Positions 51,129-54,328 of a DNA stretch of 54,328 nucleotides are shown piece after piece (the first letter of the stretch is position 1; every line of letters starts with the position of its first letter). The notes beneath the pieces were generated by a model. That model was not told the origin of the DNA. It did not search any database and worked only from the letters and a program-made list of their open reading frames with translations. The DNA is taken from positions 1 to 54,328 of the IMG/VR virus record IMGVR_UViG_3300037424_000442. The stretch is one strand, 5' to 3'. Both the position numbers and the translations under genes were made by a program. This DNA is from a virus.

Positions 51129-51157
51129 AATATAAACTATAAGTAAGTCAATGTCAA
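51129..51157 (-). promoter_or_regulatory. sigma70-like promoter
   Basis: Minus strand reads TTGACA, a 17-nt spacer, then TATATT, immediately downstream of the TerL stop and upstream of the beta-helix gene. Confidence 0.5.
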
Positions 51158-51165
51158 ATAAAAAG

Positions 51166-52758
51166 TTATAATATTGACCAATTTATCCATTCTTCCTCAA
51201 CATCGGCTAGGCAAATTTGTAAGCTGTCAAACAAGTTAGGTGATTTAGCACCCTTTGGCTTCTTGTCAATTATGATCTTGCCTGATAATGACAACTTATG
51301 CTGAGGCTGTGATATTTCCCTCACAAACTTATTAAATAATATATTATCAGAAAAGTTTTTAAATGATAGTATTTTACGCTTATCATGGTCTTCATTATTC
51401 ATGTATTTGTGTGTATTCATAAACATTGTTCTTAGCTTAAAGCAAACCTGAGCCTTTATATTTTCAAATAGTTCTTTATTAGTTTTATCCCCGTATTCTA
51501 TGCCATCGGGATTAAGAGGTCTACTCCCAGCGTTAAACCCCTTAATTTTCATGTTAGCAATTATGTTTACTCGTTTTAATTCTTTTGTTAATTTTTCAAT
51601 CTCTTCTTTTTGATCTTCTTTAAGTTCCTTTAGCTTAGAGTTAATTTCTTTCTGCTTTACTTTAAATGGATCTTGTAGGTCTCTTATTATCCCTTTCGTC
51701 CCTGCGCCCAAACCAATACAGTCATATTGCATTACTTCAACTTCTAACTCAACACATTTCCAAAATGCCTTTTTTGCAGTTTCAACTACATCTAAATTAG
51801 ACCACTCATCAAGATAAAAAAGCTCATTGCCATCCATAACACAAAGAGCGTTTGTATCCTGACCTTCATCTGCAATATCAAGACCCGCTCGCCTTAATCC
51901 AGTTTCTACATAATCACACTTTCTAACACTAATCACATATTCGTTCGGGAAAACCACGTTTTCAATAGATGCCATAGGGTTACGATCAATTTCTCTTGCA
52001 AATACATGAAGCATACCCTCTGCTTGAGCTATTGCTTTTTTCTTATCATATAGTTCTTTTGTGTGTAATGGATTGTCAAGCCATTCAAAAATAAAAATCG
52101 GTATAGCACCTGAAGTAACCTTGTTATAGAAAATTGTATTAGTTCCGGCATGTGTTGAAACATCGATTATACAATCTGCAAACTCAGACAATGCAGCTTC
52201 TACTTTCTCAGCTTGTTCGTAGAACGCACTTTCATCTTTTAGTAAAACTGACGCCCTTCCACCTCTGGGTTCATCGCCGCATAGACCAGATATAGCAGCA
52301 TCACCTCTACGAATAAGCATATAAGTAGAAATAACGCCTTTTATCATTTCGGCAGGCAAATATTTTAATATAAAGTTTACTTTTCCGAAAAGAGAGTTCA
52401 TATCTCCTTTACGGTCCACCGCATCCGCTTTATAGCTGTATAAGTTTATTGATCTATTTTGGAATAAAAACATCCATACTGAAAATGCTAAAAAACACCA
52501 CGTCGCACCAACATCTCTCGCCTTATCTATCGCACCCTTATCTTTGTCAATGTAAAGTTTCCATAACCACCTAATAAGCTCCTCTTGTTTTGGGAATAAC
52601 TCAAAGGGAATGTTTTGTTCTTGCTTTCTAGGGTCATATGTAAACACAAACCGATTTATAAAATCGATACATGACTCTGCGGTGGGGATTGAATAAAGCT
52701 CTATATATTTATTTACCTCTTTAAGGCTTTTTAGCCTGTCCGTGTAGCTTATTTTCAT
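51166..52758 (-). CDS. terL: terminase large subunit
   Basis: ATPase-like motifs KARDVGATW and VLLKDESAF. Nuclease-domain motif GLDIADEGQDTNALCV. 530 aa; upstream of the portal gene. Confidence 0.85.
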   Translation of the reverse strand: MKISYTDRLKSLKEVNKYIELYSIPTAESCIDFINRFVFTYDPRKQEQNIPFELFPKQEELIRWLWKLYIDKDKGAIDKARDVGATWCFLAFSVWMFLFQNRSINLYSYKADAVDRKGDMNSLFGKVNFILKYLPAEMIKGVISTYMLIRRGDAAISGLCGDEPRGGRASVLLKDESAFYEQAEKVEAALSEFADCIIDVSTHAGTNTIFYNKVTSGAIPIFIFEWLDNPLHTKELYDKKKAIAQAEGMLHVFAREIDRNPMASIENVVFPNEYVISVRKCDYVETGLRRAGLDIADEGQDTNALCVMDGNELFYLDEWSNLDVVETAKKAFWKCVELEVEVMQYDCIGLGAGTKGIIRDLQDPFKVKQKEINSKLKELKEDQKEEIEKLTKELKRVNIIANMKIKGFNAGSRPLNPDGIEYGDKTNKELFENIKAQVCFKLRTMFMNTHKYMNNEDHDKRKILSFKNFSDNILFNKFVREISQPQHKLSLSGKIIIDKKPKGAKSPNLFDSLQICLADVEEEWINWSIL

Positions 52759-52927
52759 TAAATCGGATCCCCATTTTATACAATATAATTCCTATAATAC
52801 ATCCTATCCAATACATTTTCCATTTATAAGACTTCCAGATTATTATTACTTGACTCGGCTTTACTTTGTTGTATTCTGGGATTGATTTACAATACTCGTT
52901 AAAAGCATTTAGTTTTGTATAGTTCAT
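52721..52927 (-). CDS. small membrane protein (68 aa)
   Basis: Hydrophobic segment MYWIGCIIGIILY. Overlaps the TerL start. Confidence 0.45.
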   Translation of the reverse strand: MNYTKLNAFNEYCKSIPEYNKVKPSQVIIIWKSYKWKMYWIGCIIGIILYKMGIRFNENKLHGQAKKP

Positions 52928-53100
52928 TTTATTTCCTTAACATGCAATATCTGGCTAAGGATTAAATATTTTCTTGCATTTTCAAAACCAAGCTTAAACT
53001 CAAAAATACCATTATTTTCTAATAGGATATCATCGTCATTGGCGTTAAAATTATCTATAATTTGATCCCCAATTATTAACTGCTTAATTTCATATTTCAA
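52924..53100 (-). CDS. small protein (58 aa, TTG start)
   Basis: AAAGGAGAG, 5 nt, then TTG. Translation (M)KYEIKQLIIGDQIIDNFNANDDDILLENNGIFEFKLGFENARKYLILSQILHVKEIK. Its stop overlaps the next ATG. Confidence 0.45.
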   Translation of the reverse strand: MKYEIKQLIIGDQIIDNFNANDDDILLENNGIFEFKLGFENARKYLILSQILHVKEIK

Positions 53101-53188
53101 GGGTCTCTCCTTTTAGAATACTTCCAGAAAAGGAAGCCGTTTTTATCATCTATGTTTATTGTGTTGTTACACTCTTTGCATTTATACA

Positions 53189-53455
53189 TCATAAATTATG
53201 AAACTCTATGAATTCCTTTTTTGTCACCCACTTATCCCTCAATAAAACTAAATCCAGTTTATTATCAAATGTTACTCCACATTCAGGGCATTCATATATA
53301 TTATTATCGAACGTAATAAACCGTACCCTCTTTAGCATAAGCTCCGCATATCTCAATCCATTAAGTATACATAGTGTAGACTCTGAGATATCGCCATTAT
53401 AAAGTTTCATTGAGTCGTTATACTCTGCTTGACAATACGGGCATTTAATATACAT
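53189..53455 (-). CDS. zinc-ribbon protein (88 aa)
   Basis: CPYC ... CPEC motifs. The ATG at 53455 is preferred over the track's TTG at 53458. Confidence 0.55.
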   Translation of the reverse strand: MYIKCPYCQAEYNDSMKLYNGDISESTLCILNGLRYAELMLKRVRFITFDNNIYECPECGVTFDNKLDLVLLRDKWVTKKEFIEFHNL

Positions 53456-53583
53456 CAAATGAAATCCCTAATATCTGTATATTTTAGCAATATAAACTTA
53501 TTCAACGCACTAAATACAGCATAGTCTAAAATAAAATATAGAATCCATAATAATATAAAGCAAATTATGTGTGTTAAAATCAT
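53455..53583 (-). CDS. small membrane protein (42 aa)
   Basis: The ATG overlaps the upstream stop (ATGA), and the stop overlaps the next ATG (TGATG). Translation MILTHIICFILLWILYFILDYAVFSALNKFILLKYTDIRDFI. Confidence 0.4.
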   Translation of the reverse strand: MILTHIICFILLWILYFILDYAVFSALNKFILLKYTDIRDFI

Positions 53584-54086
53584 TTGTAAAATATCACTCC
53601 AAAGTGATTGTATAGGTTAATCTCTAATTCTTGCAACTGGTAGTTTTTAATCCGTTCATCATTATAAAACAATTCTTGTATTTTTTCAAGTGTATTCTGC
53701 TTAAAGTCTATCTTACTTATAAGCTCAATTAGCATTTCTTTTTCATTCGGCAAAAAAGCCCTATTCCTGTCAACAAAGTAAATGTCTTTATCGGGTGTTT
53801 CAACTAAATCAATATTGTAAGTTCTCCAAAACCTTAACTGTACTTTACCTTTACTTACTTCCAACTTAACACATTTTGGGTAATACTCATATTTAATAAA
53901 CTGGTTAGTAGTTACATAGTTTATTTTAGTTATCTTTTTAATTGGTCTTAATATGCTAGCAAAATCAGTTACATTAAATTCATCGCAGTAAACAAATATA
54001 CGCTTATTATCCGGCTCGACTTCAATCAAAAGCCTCATTTTGTTTTGATAGGCATAGTCAACAGCCTGCTGTATTGTATTATACAC
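53580..54086 (-). CDS. hypothetical protein (168 aa, GTG start)
   Basis: Co-oriented ORF. Confidence 0.55.
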   Translation of the reverse strand: MYNTIQQAVDYAYQNKMRLLIEVEPDNKRIFVYCDEFNVTDFASILRPIKKITKINYVTTNQFIKYEYYPKCVKLEVSKGKVQLRFWRTYNIDLVETPDKDIYFVDRNRAFLPNEKEMLIELISKIDFKQNTLEKIQELFYNDERIKNYQLQELEINLYNHFGVIFYK

Positions 54087-54237
54087 CTAAATCATCCATT
54101 TTAATTTTTTCTGCTATATAAACCTTTGCATCAAGCGTCTTAGCCTTTGCAATGCGGTCTATCCAGTATTGTTTTTTTTTAATGTGTAAGTAGGACATGA
54201 CTTTTTTTATGTGTCTAATCTTTTCTTCACTTGTCAT
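54079..54237 (-). CDS. small basic protein (52 aa)
   Basis: The ATG at 54237 corresponds to position 36 of the terminal repeat and overlaps the stop of the 33..338 gene across the circular junction. Translation MTSEEKIRHIKKVMSYLHIKKKQYWIDRIAKAKTLDAKVYIAEKIKMDDLGV. Confidence 0.45.
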   Translation of the reverse strand: MTSEEKIRHIKKVMSYLHIKKKQYWIDRIAKAKTLDAKVYIAEKIKMDDLGV

Positions 54238-54328
54238 TTTGCATAATCCGTTATTAAATCATATAAATTTATAACCTTATTAGACAGGTAAAATAATAAT
54301 TGACTGTTATACTCTCCCGTAATGTCTA
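54202..54328. repeat. terminal direct repeat copy 2 (identical to 1..127)
   Basis: Exact 127-bp match to the window start. Confidence 0.95.

Noticed and set aside
4253-53402. All other plus-strand ORFs in the track, for example 4253..4510, 9981..10187, 17407..17673, 18276..18560, 20650..20985, 36233..36604, 39768..40160, 45430..45783 and 50275..50679
   Set aside because: Each lies wholly inside a well-supported minus-strand gene. They lack Shine-Dalgarno signals and have low-complexity, hydrophobic, shadow-ORF composition.

Overview
The window is a complete, AT-rich tailed-phage genome. Bases 1-127 are identical to 54202-54328, so the unique length is 54,201 bp, assembled as a circle or carrying a short terminal redundancy. 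Every credible gene is on the minus strand, tightly packed, with many ATGA/TAATG start-stop overlaps. I recognised no integrase, repressor, reverse transcriptase or CRISPR array. In transcription order (high to low coordinates) the modules are as follows. (1) Packaging and head: TerL, a beta-helix protein, HK97-type portal, MuF-like protein, prohead protease and major capsid protein. (2) Contractile tail: sheath, tube, chaperone with a -1 frameshift, tape measure, and Mu gp43-gp48-like baseplate proteins and fibre. (3) A lysis cassette with an overlapped spanin-like pair. (4) An early region: GIY-YIG protein, PcfJ-like repeat protein, PD-(D/E)XK exonuclease, ERF-type annealase, SSB, replisome organizer and DnaC-like loader. 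(5) An accessory block: a vWA protein coupled to a short PurA/PurZ-like adenylosuccinate synthetase, an NGNNxS-repeat protein, an SNF2 helicase and a DNA methylase. (6) Two unusual tRNA-like genes, then many small genes, an M23 peptidase and a TerS-like protein. The items most worth follow-up are the PurZ-like/vWA operon, three solenoid-repeat proteins whose variation is confined to fixed repeat positions, the atypical tRNA pair (one with a perfect 28-bp duplication of its anticodon arm), three strongly structured non-coding regions, and promoter/terminator-bounded or homing-endonuclease insertions inside the structural operon. All functional calls come from motif recognition by eye; no searches or computations were run.
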